Below, one piece after another: positions 26,786 through 37,571 of a stretch of DNA of 64,000 nucleotides (the first letter of the stretch is position 1; each line of letters begins with the position of its first letter). Made by a program: the position numbers and the translations under genes. The notes under the pieces were generated by a model. It had not been told where the DNA came from. It searched no databases and saw only the letters and a program-made list of their open reading frames with translations. This DNA comes from Armatimonadota bacterium. Lineage in GTDB: Bacteria > Armatimonadota > SYMT01. The stretch spans positions 192,001-256,000 of the forward strand of contig JAWLHY010000009.1 in the NCBI GenBank assembly GCA_041690135.1, in the 5' to 3' direction.

Positions 26786-28147
26786 TTGGATAGCTATCGC
26801 GATAAGAAGCCGGTCCTGGCGGTTATCGGCCTGGGAAAGCTCGGCGCACCCATGGCGGCCTGCCTGGCGGCCCGCGGCTATACGGTCGTGGGCTGCGACC
26901 TGAATCCCGAAACGGTTCGCCTGATCGGCGAGGGGCAGGCGCCGGTACAGGAAGCGCAGTTGCAGGAGATGCTTCTCGAAGCCCGAGCCCGGCTCACGGC
27001 GACCACGGATATCGAGGAAGCGGTCCGGGCGGCAGACGTCACCTTTGTGATCGTGCCGACCCCCAGCGATGAGCAAGGGGCTTTTTCCCTTCGCTTCGTC
27101 GTGCCGGTGATGGAGCGGGTCGCCCGGGCCCTCCGGGACAAGCAGTCGCGACATCTGGTCGTCCTCACCAGTACGGTCATGCCGGGCGCGACGGATGCCG
27201 AAGTGCGTCCGCTGCTGGAGCGGATCTCGGGTAAGCGATGCGGCGTGGAGTTCGGACTCTGTTACAGCCCCGAGTTCATCGCTTTGGGGACGGTGGTGCG
27301 GGACTTCCTGAGCCCCGACTTCATCCTAATTGGCGAGTCCGACCCGGAAGCGGGGGAAGTATTGGCGTCGATCTACCGGGAAGTTTGTGAACCCGAACCA
27401 CCGGTAGCGCGCATGAACTACGTCAACGCCGAGATTGCGAAGCTCGCGGTCAACACCTACGTGACCACGAAGATCACCTTCGCAAACATGCTCGCCTCGC
27501 TGTGCGCGGCGGTGCCCGGCGGCGACGTCGATTCCGTGACCGGAGCGCTGGGACTCGACAGCCGGATCGGCCGGAAGTGTCTCAAGGGCGCCGTGGGATA
27601 CGGTGGGCCATGTTTTCCCCGGGACGTCGTTGCCTTGAGCTACCTGGCGCGCTCGCTGGGAGTCCCGGCCGCGCTGGCGGAAACGGTGGACACGCTGAAC
27701 CGGGGGATGATGCCGGAACTGGTGCGGAAGCTTGCGGCGCGCCTGCCCGCCGGGGCGCGGGTGGGCATTCTGGGGCTTTCCTATAAGCCGGGCACGCCCG
27801 TGATCGAAGAATCGCCCGGCATCGCCCTCGCGCAGGCCCTGCATGCCGCCGGGTTTCCCGTGGTCGCGTACGATCCTCTTGCGATGCCGTCGGCAAGAAA
27901 CACTTTAGCCGGCGACGTGACATTTGCGGAGTCCGCCGAAGATTGTGCTAGGCAGGTGGATGCGTTGGTGGTCACTAACCCGGAGGCCGAGTATGCCTCC
28001 CTGTCGCCGGAGGTGTTCCGGCGCGACACGGGGCGGGTGTTGCTGGTGGATTGCTGGCGCATCCTGGGGACCCCGCCTTACACCGAGTTGACCGAGTATG
28101 TGGCCGTGGGGGTGGGTCCCGTGGCCGGAGACAGGGCTCGTGAGTGA
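26786..28147 (+). CDS. UDP-glucose/GDP-mannose dehydrogenase family protein
   Basis: VIGLGKLG, VPTPS, YSPEF, AEIAK, GYGGPCFPRD, GLSYKP; TTG start with AAAGGA RBS. Confidence 0.92.
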   Translation: MDSYRDKKPVLAVIGLGKLGAPMAACLAARGYTVVGCDLNPETVRLIGEGQAPVQEAQLQEMLLEARARLTATTDIEEAVRAADVTFVIVPTPSDEQGAFSLRFVVPVMERVARALRDKQSRHLVVLTSTVMPGATDAEVRPLLERISGKRCGVEFGLCYSPEFIALGTVVRDFLSPDFILIGESDPEAGEVLASIYREVCEPEPPVARMNYVNAEIAKLAVNTYVTTKITFANMLASLCAAVPGGDVDSVTGALGLDSRIGRKCLKGAVGYGGPCFPRDVVALSYLARSLGVPAALAETVDTLNRGMMPELVRKLAARLPAGARVGILGLSYKPGTPVIEESPGIALAQALHAAGFPVVAYDPLAMPSARNTLAGDVTFAESAEDCARQVDALVVTNPEAEYASLSPEVFRRDTGRVLLVDCWRILGTPPYTELTEYVAVGVGPVAGDRARE

Positions 28148-29096
28148 TTTCTGGACAGGTAAACGCGTAACGGTGACGGGCGGCGCGGGCTTTCTCGGCA
28201 GCCACCTCGTGGACCGGTTGGAAACTCTGGGGGCGATGCCCCTGACGCCGCGGCGGGCTGCTTACGATTTCACCCGGCCGGATGACGCCACTCGCTGGTT
28301 CGAGGAAAATCCCAGCGACATGGTGATCCACTGTGCCGCGTTCTACGGCGGAATCTGGATCAACCAGCTCTATCCCGCCAAGATTTACTACGAAAACCTG
28401 GTGATGGGCGCGCACCTGATGGAAGCGGCCCGGCTGGCAGGGATCCAGAAGTTCGTCGGCATCGGCACCGCGTGTTCCTATCCGGGTTACCTCGAAGGCG
28501 AGTTGAAGGAGGCCAACCTGTGGGACGGCATTCCCCACGAGACCGTGCGGAACTACGGCCTGACCAAGAAGATGATGGCGGTCCAGAGTTGGGCCTACAA
28601 GAAGCAGTACGACTTCAACTCCATCCACCTGATCCTCACCAATCTTTACGGGCCTCGGGACACCTTCAACCCGGACCGCTCGCACGTCGTTTCCGCCCTC
28701 ATCCGCAAGTGGGTAGAGGCCTGCCAGGCGAACGCACCGGCGGTGGAAGTGTGGGGAACGGGACGGCCGATCCGTGAATTCCTGTACGTAGAAGACTGCG
28801 CGGACGCCATTTTGCTGGCCGCCGAGAAATACAACGATACGGAACCGTTGAACATCGGCACGGGTGTCGGCACTTCTATCCGGGAACTCGCCGAGACGAT
28901 TCACGACGTGACGGGCTTCCAGGGAGAGATGACCTGGAACACCAGCAAACCGGACGGGCAACTCCTCAAGGTTCTGGATGTCTCCCGGATGCGGAGCGCC
29001 CTGAATTGGACCCCGCCGACCTCGCTGCGGGACGGTCTCCAGAAAACGATCGAATGGTACATCGCCAATAAAGAGGCGGCCGACGCTCGCTTCTAA
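28140..29096 (+). CDS. fcl: GDP-L-fucose synthase-like epimerase/reductase
   Basis: VTGGAGFLG, GTACSYP, YGLTK, NLYGPRD, SHVVSALIRK, WGTG.P.REFLYVED, KPDG. Confidence 0.85.
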   Translation: MSDFWTGKRVTVTGGAGFLGSHLVDRLETLGAMPLTPRRAAYDFTRPDDATRWFEENPSDMVIHCAAFYGGIWINQLYPAKIYYENLVMGAHLMEAARLAGIQKFVGIGTACSYPGYLEGELKEANLWDGIPHETVRNYGLTKKMMAVQSWAYKKQYDFNSIHLILTNLYGPRDTFNPDRSHVVSALIRKWVEACQANAPAVEVWGTGRPIREFLYVEDCADAILLAAEKYNDTEPLNIGTGVGTSIRELAETIHDVTGFQGEMTWNTSKPDGQLLKVLDVSRMRSALNWTPPTSLRDGLQKTIEWYIANKEAADARF

Positions 29097-29120
29097 TCTG
29101 GCTTTAAGGGAGTTACTGCT

Positions 29121-30062
29121 GTGCCGAACTTTAAGAATGTGCTGGTTACGGGTGGCGCCGGCTTCGTCGGGTCGCTCCTGGTGCCGGCCCTGCTCGAAAC
29201 CGGCCACCGGGTGCGCGTGGTGGACAACCTGATGTACGGAGGGATGACCCTGCTGCCCCTCTTCCGGCATCAGAATTTCGAGTTCGTCAAAGGTGACGTG
29301 ACGGACCCCCAGATCGCAAAGCAGGCCATGGAGGGGATGGACGCGGTGGTGCACCTCGCCGCCATCGTCGGCTATCCGGCCTGTAAGCGGAATCCGGAAC
29401 TGGCGTGGGCGGTCAACGTTGAGGCCACCCGGAATCTCTACCGTGAGCGACGGGCGGACGTACCGATCTTTTACGCATCGACGGGTAGCAACTACGGCAA
29501 GGTCGACGGTGTCTGCACGGAGGAGACTCCGCTGAACCCCTTGACCGAATACGGGGAGACCAAGACTCTCGCGGAACGCGAATTGCTGGAGGCCGGCAAC
29601 GTCGTCTGCTACCGGTTTGCCACCGCGTTCGGCCTTTCCCCTCGTCTCCGCCTGGACTTGATGCCGAATGACTTCGCCTATCAAGCCATTCACAATAAGC
29701 AGTTGATCGTGTACGAACGCCACGTCCGCCGGACCTTCATTCACGTCTGGGACATGGCCCGCAGTTTCCTCTTCGCGTTGGAGCACCACGACCGCATGCG
29801 CGACGAAGTGTTCAACGTGGGTCACGAGTCGATGAACTACACCAAGGAGGACATCGCCAAGCTGATCCAGGAAAAGGTCCCGTACTATCTCCACTTTGCG
29901 GAAATTGGCGAGGACCCCGACAAGCGCGACTACGAAGTTTCTTACGCCAAGATCCGCAAGGCCGGTTTTGAGACGGCGGTCACCATCCAGGATGGCATCG
30001 ACGAACTGATCCGGGGCATGGCCGTCCTGAAGATCTCCAACCCTTACTCGAACGTCGTCTAA
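29121..30062 (+). CDS. NAD-dependent epimerase/dehydratase
   Basis: VTGGAGFVG, HLAAIVG.PAC, YGETK, FGLSPRLRLDL. Confidence 0.88.
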   Translation: MPNFKNVLVTGGAGFVGSLLVPALLETGHRVRVVDNLMYGGMTLLPLFRHQNFEFVKGDVTDPQIAKQAMEGMDAVVHLAAIVGYPACKRNPELAWAVNVEATRNLYRERRADVPIFYASTGSNYGKVDGVCTEETPLNPLTEYGETKTLAERELLEAGNVVCYRFATAFGLSPRLRLDLMPNDFAYQAIHNKQLIVYERHVRRTFIHVWDMARSFLFALEHHDRMRDEVFNVGHESMNYTKEDIAKLIQEKVPYYLHFAEIGEDPDKRDYEVSYAKIRKAGFETAVTIQDGIDELIRGMAVLKISNPYSNVV

Positions 30063-30071
30063 CACCCGGCC

Positions 30072-31013
30072 GTGAAGACCAGCATCATCATTCCGACCCA
30101 CAACCGGTCCGCCATGGTCCGGGAGGTGATTACGAGCGCCGTGGGCCTGGATGGTCACGAGGATCGCGAGATCATCGTGGTGAATGACGGGTCTACCGAC
30201 GATACCGCGGAGGTCCTGGCTTCTTTCGGGTCCAGGATCCGGGTCGAGCACGTCGACCATGGTGAGCGCTCACGGGCGCGGAACCGGGGAGCGGAGCTGG
30301 CCCGGGGACAGTACCTGTTCTTCGTGGATGATGATGATCTGTTGTTGCCGGCTGGTCTTCCTGCCCTGGAGCGTGCCGCTGAGGAGAGCAGCCCGGAAAC
30401 CGGAATGGTTTACGGGCTGCCCCGCTACTTGAAAACCCATTCCGCCAGTCCCCTCTGCGGAACTCTCCCGGACCGGATTGGAACCTGTGGTTGGATCTAC
30501 CCAACGCTCCTGGGTCTGAACTTTATTGTTATGGGGACCGCGTTGGTGCGCCGCGAAGCGTTCCTGGAACTCGGCGGCTTCCGATGCGATCTGGTGGAAT
30601 TGGAAGACTGGGACTTCTGGCTACGGCTGTCACAACAGTGGAGTGTTGGGTTCGTGGATATTCCCGTGTCGGAGATTCGCCTCCACGGAGCCAACTCGAC
30701 TGCCGGTATTGAGAGGGCCGGTCGAGCCACGGAATACGTGCGAGAGTGGCACCTCCTTTCACCGGAACTCCGTGAGTACGTCCGGCGCCGGTCCCCGGTC
30801 GACGGTCCGTCCGTGCGAATGATGTTGGCACAACGGTGTGTCGACCTGGCTCGCCGGCGTTGGTGGGAAGGAGAGTACCGGACCTGCCGCCTCGCCATCT
30901 ACCAGAGTTTCCGGCTGGCGCCACTGATCGCCATGGCGGCCTTACCAGCCTGCTGGCGGGCATGGATACCGCTGCAGCGGCCACCATGGATGCGTCGCCG
31001 CCCTACGAACTAA
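30072..31013 (+). CDS. Glycosyltransferase family 2
   Basis: SIIIPTHN, VVNDGSTD, ARNRG, FVDDDD, EDWDFW. Confidence 0.9.
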   Translation: MKTSIIIPTHNRSAMVREVITSAVGLDGHEDREIIVVNDGSTDDTAEVLASFGSRIRVEHVDHGERSRARNRGAELARGQYLFFVDDDDLLLPAGLPALERAAEESSPETGMVYGLPRYLKTHSASPLCGTLPDRIGTCGWIYPTLLGLNFIVMGTALVRREAFLELGGFRCDLVELEDWDFWLRLSQQWSVGFVDIPVSEIRLHGANSTAGIERAGRATEYVREWHLLSPELREYVRRRSPVDGPSVRMMLAQRCVDLARRRWWEGEYRTCRLAIYQSFRLAPLIAMAALPACWRAWIPLQRPPWMRRRPTN

Positions 31014-31019
31014 GCGAAC

Positions 31020-31970
31020 ATGGCCGTTGTCTCCGTTATCGTCCCCACTTATAACCGGTCGCAGGCTCTGCGACGGACATTGGACTCCGTGCTGGGACAG
31101 TCTCTCGAGGATTGGGAAATGGTCCTCGTGGACGATGGGTCCAGTGACGACACGGGGGAGGTCTGTCGCGAGTATGCGCGGCGGGATCGTCGAATCCAGT
31201 ATGTGCCGCAGCCCAACGCGGGGGGCGCTGCCGCCCGGGCTCGTGGGCTGGCGGCTACCACGGCGGAGTACGTGGCGTTTCTGGATCACGACGACCTCTG
31301 GCTTCCGTTAAAGCTGGCTTTGCAGGTAGAACGGCTGGCGCGGGCGGAGGCGGAAGGCTGGGTGTATGGTCGCTTTGACCTGGTGCACTCCGACAGCAAA
31401 GTGGTGGGAGACTTCCACCAGCTTTATGCCACGCTGCCTTACCAGGGCTGGATCGAGGCCGATCTGCTGCTACACCAGAATTTCATCGGCACCTACAGTA
31501 ACCCCTTGATCCGCCGGTCACTGCTGGAGCGAACGGGTGGTCCGCGGGCGGAGGCCGGGCTTTCGGACGACTGGGATCTGTTCATCCGGCTGGCGGGCGT
31601 TGCCCAGGTTGGTTTTCTGGATGAGACCCTTTTCCACTACGATGCCGGCAATCCGGAGTCGCAGTCCCGCGGCGACATGGAGCGTGCCTACCGGTGCGAA
31701 GAGCGCGTATTGCGGTTGAACCGGGCAGCAATTCAGCGTCTTTCCCTCGCGCAGCGGTGGGCGCTTACCTGCAACGCTCGCCGGCGATGGGGACGCTGGT
31801 TGAAGGATAAGGCCCTGTGGGCGCAGCGGGACGGCGAACTGCGCACCGCCGCTCACACCTATGCTTTGGCAGCCCGGGTGAACCCGCTGTTGTTTGCCAA
31901 CCCTACCGCGGTGAAAGATGTGCTCGCGCTTTTCCGCCGGATGGCGGTGGGCCGGGGAGCGGGAAGATGA
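31020..31970 (+). CDS. Glycosyltransferase family 2
   Basis: SVIVPTYN, VDDGSSD, FLDHDD, DDWDL. Confidence 0.9.
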   Translation: MAVVSVIVPTYNRSQALRRTLDSVLGQSLEDWEMVLVDDGSSDDTGEVCREYARRDRRIQYVPQPNAGGAAARARGLAATTAEYVAFLDHDDLWLPLKLALQVERLARAEAEGWVYGRFDLVHSDSKVVGDFHQLYATLPYQGWIEADLLLHQNFIGTYSNPLIRRSLLERTGGPRAEAGLSDDWDLFIRLAGVAQVGFLDETLFHYDAGNPESQSRGDMERAYRCEERVLRLNRAAIQRLSLAQRWALTCNARRRWGRWLKDKALWAQRDGELRTAAHTYALAARVNPLLFANPTAVKDVLALFRRMAVGRGAGR

Positions 31971-32031
31971 CGGTGTCGAACCTCCCGTCCAAGAACAACC
32001 AGGGGCGAGTGACGTGTACCTGGAGGCATCT

Positions 32032-33327
32032 ATGTCTCAAGTAAAGCGAATCTTACACGTTTTCTTGCCCTGTGGCGTCGCCGGTACCGAGACGATGATC
32101 CGGGTGTTGATCCAGCGGCTGGCCACGCGCGGCGTGGAATCGGAGGCGTACTTCAGCCGCGATATTGGCGGCAGTGCCCTGTTCCGCGCCACCTGCGTCA
32201 CCCACTCCGATGAGGAGCGGTCGCTCGTTTCGGTCATCCGGGAAGGACGCTTCGACGCGATCCACGCAACAGCATCCTCGATCACCCTGGAAGTGCCTGC
32301 TGCGGTTGAGCGGGCCGGGTTTACCGGCCCCGTGATCGTCTCTTGCCACGGTGATTACGTGGTCGGCTGGAACCGCAGAAATGCGAGTACGATCACCAGC
32401 CAGACGGAGTGGTGGAAGGATAAGATCCAGCCGTACACGGACGTGCCGCTCGCGATACTACGGAACCCCGTGGTCCTCGACCATTTTCCGGCAGTGACGC
32501 GGGAACGGGGGCGAGAACGGCCGATACTCGGGTGGGTCGGCCATACCACGGACGCCCGCAAAGGTCCCGACCTGTTGAAGGCGCTGATGGCCGCGCTGCC
32601 GCGAGAGGCCTACGACTTCTATATCGCCGACACGGACGACGCGGGCGATCCGCGGAAGGTATTCGGCGACCTGGCGGACCGGGTGGTGCGTTACGGCTAC
32701 GTTCCGCACCGGGAAATGCCCGGCTTCTTCCAGGACATCGCCCGATCGGGCGGAGCCGTGTTCAGTACTTCGAACTCGGAAACGTTTCCGCTTTGCCTGA
32801 TGGAAGCCATGTCCACGGGCTGCCCCGTGGTGGTGCCGGACGCGTGGGGCGCCCGGGAAATGATGGACAACGATCGCGCTGGCCTGATCTACGATCCAGT
32901 CACGGCTCCCGGCAGCATTCTTACTTGCCTGGAGCAGCTGCGAGACCCGGAGGCATGGACGCGTTGCGCGGAGATGGGTCGCCAGGTCGTCCGGCAGTAC
33001 GACGCGGACGGGGTGGCGGAGCGGTTTCTCCAGATCTGCGAGGAGGCCGCTACCCGGCGGCGGTCCGCGGGGTGGCTCGCGGGAGCGAAGTGGGCTTTCC
33101 GTTCAGCGGCGCATTACTCCCGGCCCTTGCCGGAGCAGATGTTTCTCTACCGGCCCCGTTTTGCCGCGGAAGCCCTGGAGAAGGCCCTGCGCGCCCACGA
33201 AGCGGGCCAGGGAGGGCAAACGCGGCGAGCCCTACTGGATGCTCTGCGCGTATTCCCAGTGGTCTACCTGAAGCCGTGGCGAGCGAAATTCCTCCTGCGC
33301 ACGCTTCTCTTCCCGAGCCACCAGTGA
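32032..33327 (+). CDS. Glycosyltransferase family 4
   Basis: GGAGG RBS; GTET, RKG, SETFPLCLMEAMSTGCPVV (EX7E). Confidence 0.85.
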   Translation: MSQVKRILHVFLPCGVAGTETMIRVLIQRLATRGVESEAYFSRDIGGSALFRATCVTHSDEERSLVSVIREGRFDAIHATASSITLEVPAAVERAGFTGPVIVSCHGDYVVGWNRRNASTITSQTEWWKDKIQPYTDVPLAILRNPVVLDHFPAVTRERGRERPILGWVGHTTDARKGPDLLKALMAALPREAYDFYIADTDDAGDPRKVFGDLADRVVRYGYVPHREMPGFFQDIARSGGAVFSTSNSETFPLCLMEAMSTGCPVVVPDAWGAREMMDNDRAGLIYDPVTAPGSILTCLEQLRDPEAWTRCAEMGRQVVRQYDADGVAERFLQICEEAATRRRSAGWLAGAKWAFRSAAHYSRPLPEQMFLYRPRFAAEALEKALRAHEAGQGGQTRRALLDALRVFPVVYLKPWRAKFLLRTLLFPSHQ

Positions 33328-33341
33328 GCCAGTCTGTGTTA

Positions 33342-34256
33342 ATGCCGCCCCGGGTCTCCATTGTCATACCGGTCTATAACCAGGTGGAGCTACTGGCCCG
33401 CTGCCTCGAATCGTTGCGGGGGCAAACGGAGCCGGGGCTGCAGGTGATCGTCGTCGACGATCGCTCGCCCGAAGATCCCACACCCGTGCTGCGCGATCAC
33501 GAATGGGTGGAGGTGATCCGCCTGGAAATGAATTCGGGGTATGCGGCGGCGAACAACGCGGGTTTTGCCCGGGCGACGGGACGCTTCTACATGTGGTTGA
33601 ACTCCGACACGGAGTTGCCGCCGGATGCGGTGCAGCGCTTGGCCGACTACCTGGAGGCGCACCCGGGAGCCGGAGGCGTCGCGCCACTCCATCGCGACAC
33701 GCAGGGAGAGATCCAGCGGACCTGCTACGGGTTCCCCGACCTGCCCACCGGTGCGTTGTGGGATTCCGTCGTTCACCTCCTCCGGCCCGGCCATCCGGTC
33801 TTGCGGAAGTACCAACTGGCCGACTGGGACCACCAGTCCGAGCGGTGGGTGGAGCACGCACAGACGAGTTGCCTCCTGGTGCGGCGCGAAGCTTACGAAG
33901 CCGCGGGAGGGATGGACCCCCGTCTTTTCCTTTTCTACAACGATACGGACGTCTGCTTTCAGATGGCTCGGAAGGGCTACCCGATCCGGTTCATCCCGGA
34001 CGTGGAGATCCACCACCACGGCGGCGCGAGCGTGAAGACCTTCGACCGTGCTGAAGCGCAGGTTTTGGGGGACCGATATCGATACTACCGCAAGTGGTAC
34101 GGCTGGCGCGGTGGGGCCGCGGTTCGGCTGGCCCTGTGGTCACGTATCGGTTACGAAGCGCTGGTAGAATTCGCCCACCTGAACTGGCGTTTTGCATGGT
34201 CGAAGGTGCGCCGAGGCCTCCGTATGAACCAGGCTTTCACAATGACACGTTCTTGA
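33342..34256 (+). CDS. Glycosyltransferase family 2 (rhamnosyltransferase-like)
   Basis: SIVIPVYN, VVDDRS, GYAAANNAG, LNSD, FLFYNDTDVC, HHGGAS; alternative GTG at 33324. Confidence 0.88.
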   Translation: MPPRVSIVIPVYNQVELLARCLESLRGQTEPGLQVIVVDDRSPEDPTPVLRDHEWVEVIRLEMNSGYAAANNAGFARATGRFYMWLNSDTELPPDAVQRLADYLEAHPGAGGVAPLHRDTQGEIQRTCYGFPDLPTGALWDSVVHLLRPGHPVLRKYQLADWDHQSERWVEHAQTSCLLVRREAYEAAGGMDPRLFLFYNDTDVCFQMARKGYPIRFIPDVEIHHHGGASVKTFDRAEAQVLGDRYRYYRKWYGWRGGAAVRLALWSRIGYEALVEFAHLNWRFAWSKVRRGLRMNQAFTMTRS

Positions 34257-34283
34257 GAGAACGCTCGGAGCACGGTCGGCAAG

Positions 34284-35177
34284 ATGTCTTTGATGGCTAA
34301 GATTGGGACGGCGGCGGGCTGGCGGAGCCGCCATCTACTGGGAAAACTCGCGGGCCGTCGGACCATGGTCCCCTGGCCGGTCCTCTGGGGGGAGATTTCG
34401 ACCCGGAGAGAACTGGCCTTCGACGCACCGGAGTTTCAGACCGTGGCGACGGACCTCGCCGCCGGGATGGTTCAGGTGCGCGGCGGCGAAGTGGACCTGT
34501 GGCTTCCCGACGGCATCTACTTCGGCGCGCTGCCGCACATCTTCAAGGAAGTCTATAATCCGGGGAACCCCCACTACTACGAGCATGGTGAATGCCGGCT
34601 GCGACCGGGAGATGTGGTGGTGGACGGAGGCGCGTGTGAGGGCATCTTCACCCGGTTCGCCCTGGATCGCGGCGCGAAAGTCATCGTGGTCGAACCGTGG
34701 TCCCGCATGGCGGACGCCCTGCGTAAGACGTTCGCGCGCGAGATCGAGGAAGGCCGGGTGGTGGTGGAACGCGCCCTGATCGATTGCCGGGAGGGGGAGT
34801 CGACTCTCACCCTGAACCCCCGGTTCCCCTTCGAGGCTTGCGAGGGCCAGGCGACGAGCGCGGATACAATCAGCGAACCCGTACCCGTGCGGACACTGGA
34901 CACCATTATCCAGCGGTCTCCCTGGGGCCGTTGTGACTTTCTGAAGATGGACATCGAAGGCCACGAGCGTCCCGCGCTGGCCAGCGCGTCGGCCACGCTG
35001 AAGCGGGACCGTCCCCGGATCGCCATCGCCGTCTACCACCATGCGCAGGGTTACCGGGAGATTGCCGCGGACCTCCGCGACCTGGGACTCGGTTACCACG
35101 TTGCCGGAAAAGGATTGGCGCTGGGAGACAAAACGGTGTGGCGTCCGATGCTCCTCCACGCCTGGACCACCTCCTGA
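34284..35177 (+). CDS. FkbM-family methyltransferase
   Basis: VVDGGACEG, VEP, TLD, FLKMDIEGHE, IAVYH. Confidence 0.88.
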   Translation: MSLMAKIGTAAGWRSRHLLGKLAGRRTMVPWPVLWGEISTRRELAFDAPEFQTVATDLAAGMVQVRGGEVDLWLPDGIYFGALPHIFKEVYNPGNPHYYEHGECRLRPGDVVVDGGACEGIFTRFALDRGAKVIVVEPWSRMADALRKTFAREIEEGRVVVERALIDCREGESTLTLNPRFPFEACEGQATSADTISEPVPVRTLDTIIQRSPWGRCDFLKMDIEGHERPALASASATLKRDRPRIAIAVYHHAQGYREIAADLRDLGLGYHVAGKGLALGDKTVWRPMLLHAWTTS

Positions 35178-35178
35178 C

Positions 35179-36456
35179 GTGACGACAATCGCTCCAACAC
35201 AACACGGGAAGTCCCTGGATTGGCCGAAAATCGGTGTCATCCAGCCGCGATTGGATGGCCACGGCGGGGTGGAGAAGTACGGAGCTTTTTTAATTGAGGC
35301 CCTGGCGCGAAGGGGGCCGGTGGATGTCATTTCGGAACATACGGTCGATCCCGAGGCGGTCGCGCGCGCCTTTAACCTGCGGCTGGAGGGTCCGCGATTT
35401 CTAAAGGACCCGCGCTGCAATCCTCCGGGGTCCTTTGCGGCCCGGGGACGTCTCCACGCCGCCTACCTACGGCACCAGGTGCGCGCGGGCTATGAGGCGG
35501 TCAGCCGGCCCTACGATCTCCTGATTGCCACCGTGGGCACGCTGCCCTGGCGGAGCGCGGCGCGCCGGAGCGTGCTCATCTGTCACTTTCCCGTCGTGCG
35601 AGGTCAGCGAGTCAACCCGTCCATTTCCCACTCGGGGCTGGCCACCCTGACCAGTTCCGCCGCGCGCGAACAGCGGGACATTCGCTCCCGCCTGGATAGT
35701 TGGAACCGGATTATTGCCAACAGCGAGTTCAGCCGCTACTGGATGGGCCAGTACTGGCAGCGAGACGCCGAAGTCATTCATCCGCCCATCGAAAAGACGG
35801 CCACGCCCGACCTGGCCAACAAGAGGAACTGGATCATTGCCGCGGGAGCATTCTCCCGCCCCGCGGGGCATGCGGGGGACCCGTGGAGTTACAAGCGCCA
35901 GGAAGTGATGATCGACGCCTTCAAGCAGCTTTGTGATAGCGGCCTGCGCGGTTGGGAACTCCACTTGGCGGGCCATGTGCTGCCGCCGAGCCCGGATATG
36001 TTTGCCTGGGTGGATGAACTGCGCGACCGGGCGCAGGGCTATCCGGTCGTACTCCACCCCTCTTGCCCCTACTCGGAACTCGAGGAACTGTACCGGCTCG
36101 GGTCGATTTTCTGGCACGCCACGGGATACGGGATCGATCCGGAGGTGTATCCCGAGAAGACCGAACACTTCGGCATGGTGACGGTGGAAGCGATGGGTTG
36201 GGGCTGCGTGCCGGTAGTCGTCAACCTGGGAGGACAGCCGGAGATCGTCGAGCATGGTCGCTCCGGGTTCCTGTGGGACACCCGCGAGCAACTGCAGGCC
36301 CATACGCGCGCCCTGGCTGAGTCCTCCGATCAGCGGAAGGCCCTGGCGATGGGGGCCGTCGCGCGTTCCTCCCACTTCGGGTTGGACCGTTTCAACCAGC
36401 AGGTCAACCGACTCCTGGATGAGGAGTTGGCTCTTCTCCACGCGGACAGGCGCTGA
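35179..36456 (+). CDS. Glycosyltransferase family 4
   Basis: GGVEKY, ANSEFS, YKRQ, EHFGMVTVEAMGWGCVPVV. Confidence 0.88.
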   Translation: MTTIAPTQHGKSLDWPKIGVIQPRLDGHGGVEKYGAFLIEALARRGPVDVISEHTVDPEAVARAFNLRLEGPRFLKDPRCNPPGSFAARGRLHAAYLRHQVRAGYEAVSRPYDLLIATVGTLPWRSAARRSVLICHFPVVRGQRVNPSISHSGLATLTSSAAREQRDIRSRLDSWNRIIANSEFSRYWMGQYWQRDAEVIHPPIEKTATPDLANKRNWIIAAGAFSRPAGHAGDPWSYKRQEVMIDAFKQLCDSGLRGWELHLAGHVLPPSPDMFAWVDELRDRAQGYPVVLHPSCPYSELEELYRLGSIFWHATGYGIDPEVYPEKTEHFGMVTVEAMGWGCVPVVVNLGGQPEIVEHGRSGFLWDTREQLQAHTRALAESSDQRKALAMGAVARSSHFGLDRFNQQVNRLLDEELALLHADRR

Positions 36457-36469
36457 AAGGCACCCGGCG

Positions 36470-37402
36470 ATGTCACGATTTGCTTTTGCCTTTTACGCCA
36501 CCCAGTGGCGCCCGGATCTCACCGATCCGCTGCGCGCCTGCCTTTATTCGCTCGACACTCGCGGCGGCGCGGCGGCGAACTATCCTCGCTACCTGGTCTA
36601 CGCCGAAGAAATCACCGCGGACATCCGCGCCTTCTGTGACCGGTACCGGATGATTCCGGTACACCAGCCGCGGTTCACCTACCGGCTTTCATACCCCAAC
36701 AAAGCCACCATGCTCCTGATACCGGAGCATGAGGCGGTCTGCCTGACTGACCTCGATCTGATCTTCCTCTCGGACCCCACGCCGATGTTCGAGGAAGTGG
36801 CCCGCTCGGGGAAGGTGCACACCCGATACGATCTCATTGTGCCGCTGTGGCCCTGGCCGAAGCTGCCGAAGGCATGGGCCGAGCATCTGCGCTGGAAGGT
36901 AGCTCCCTCGGTGTGGCGCGCGCAGTACCAGCGGTTTGCTCGACCGGGCACGCCTCCCGTCACCGAGATGCCCTGGCGGGAGTGCGGAAGCCTTCCGGCC
37001 TATTTCAATGACGGAGTCGCCTTTGTTCCCGGCAAATCGATGCGCCCACTGCACGACGTATGGCGCGAGGTCGCGCTGACCTGGTTGCAGGATGTGGCGC
37101 TGCGCCGCCCTTACACCTGGCTGTTCACGAACCATTTCACCAGCCAGATCAGTTACTCATTGGCGTTACATCGCGGGCAGATCCCTTGGGCCGTGCTCCC
37201 TTCCACGCATAACCTGATTCCCGCCGAGGCGATGAACGAGGCGGACCGGGCTTTGATCGGCACGGATCGGGTGGTGATGGCGCACATGGTCTCCGGAGTG
37301 CGCCACTGGCTGCAGCCAGGGGCGGCCCCGGCCTGCCCGGACTGGATGCTTCCCCTCTATCATCAGGTGCAAGAAGTGGTGAAAGGGGTTCCCGCCCCGT
37401 GA
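36470..37402 (+). CDS. Putative GT8-like glycosyltransferase
   Basis: YPNK, TDLDLIFL (DxD), YFNDGV, Q..YSLAL, HN. Confidence 0.6.
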   Translation: MSRFAFAFYATQWRPDLTDPLRACLYSLDTRGGAAANYPRYLVYAEEITADIRAFCDRYRMIPVHQPRFTYRLSYPNKATMLLIPEHEAVCLTDLDLIFLSDPTPMFEEVARSGKVHTRYDLIVPLWPWPKLPKAWAEHLRWKVAPSVWRAQYQRFARPGTPPVTEMPWRECGSLPAYFNDGVAFVPGKSMRPLHDVWREVALTWLQDVALRRPYTWLFTNHFTSQISYSLALHRGQIPWAVLPSTHNLIPAEAMNEADRALIGTDRVVMAHMVSGVRHWLQPGAAPACPDWMLPLYHQVQEVVKGVPAP

Positions 37403-37571
37403 GGCGGCGCGGACCGGGATGCGAACCGGCACTCCGAAGCGGACGTCCCTCTGGTTTGAAGGCGCCGCGCGTTCGACCGACAATTGCCCTGGCAGCATGC
37501 GGTTGCCCAGCCCCGGCTCCCCGGACCCAAGGCGTGTGCCGAAGCCGGCAGTGTGGTTGTGAGAGGGATCG

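Noticed and set aside
27975-30260. 761-aa minus-strand ORF and similar long antisense ORFs (14629-16266, 55774-57600, 51076-52290, 61795-63021)
   Set aside because: They lie opposite well-supported genes and have no recognisable motifs; such shadow ORFs are expected from high-GC codon bias.
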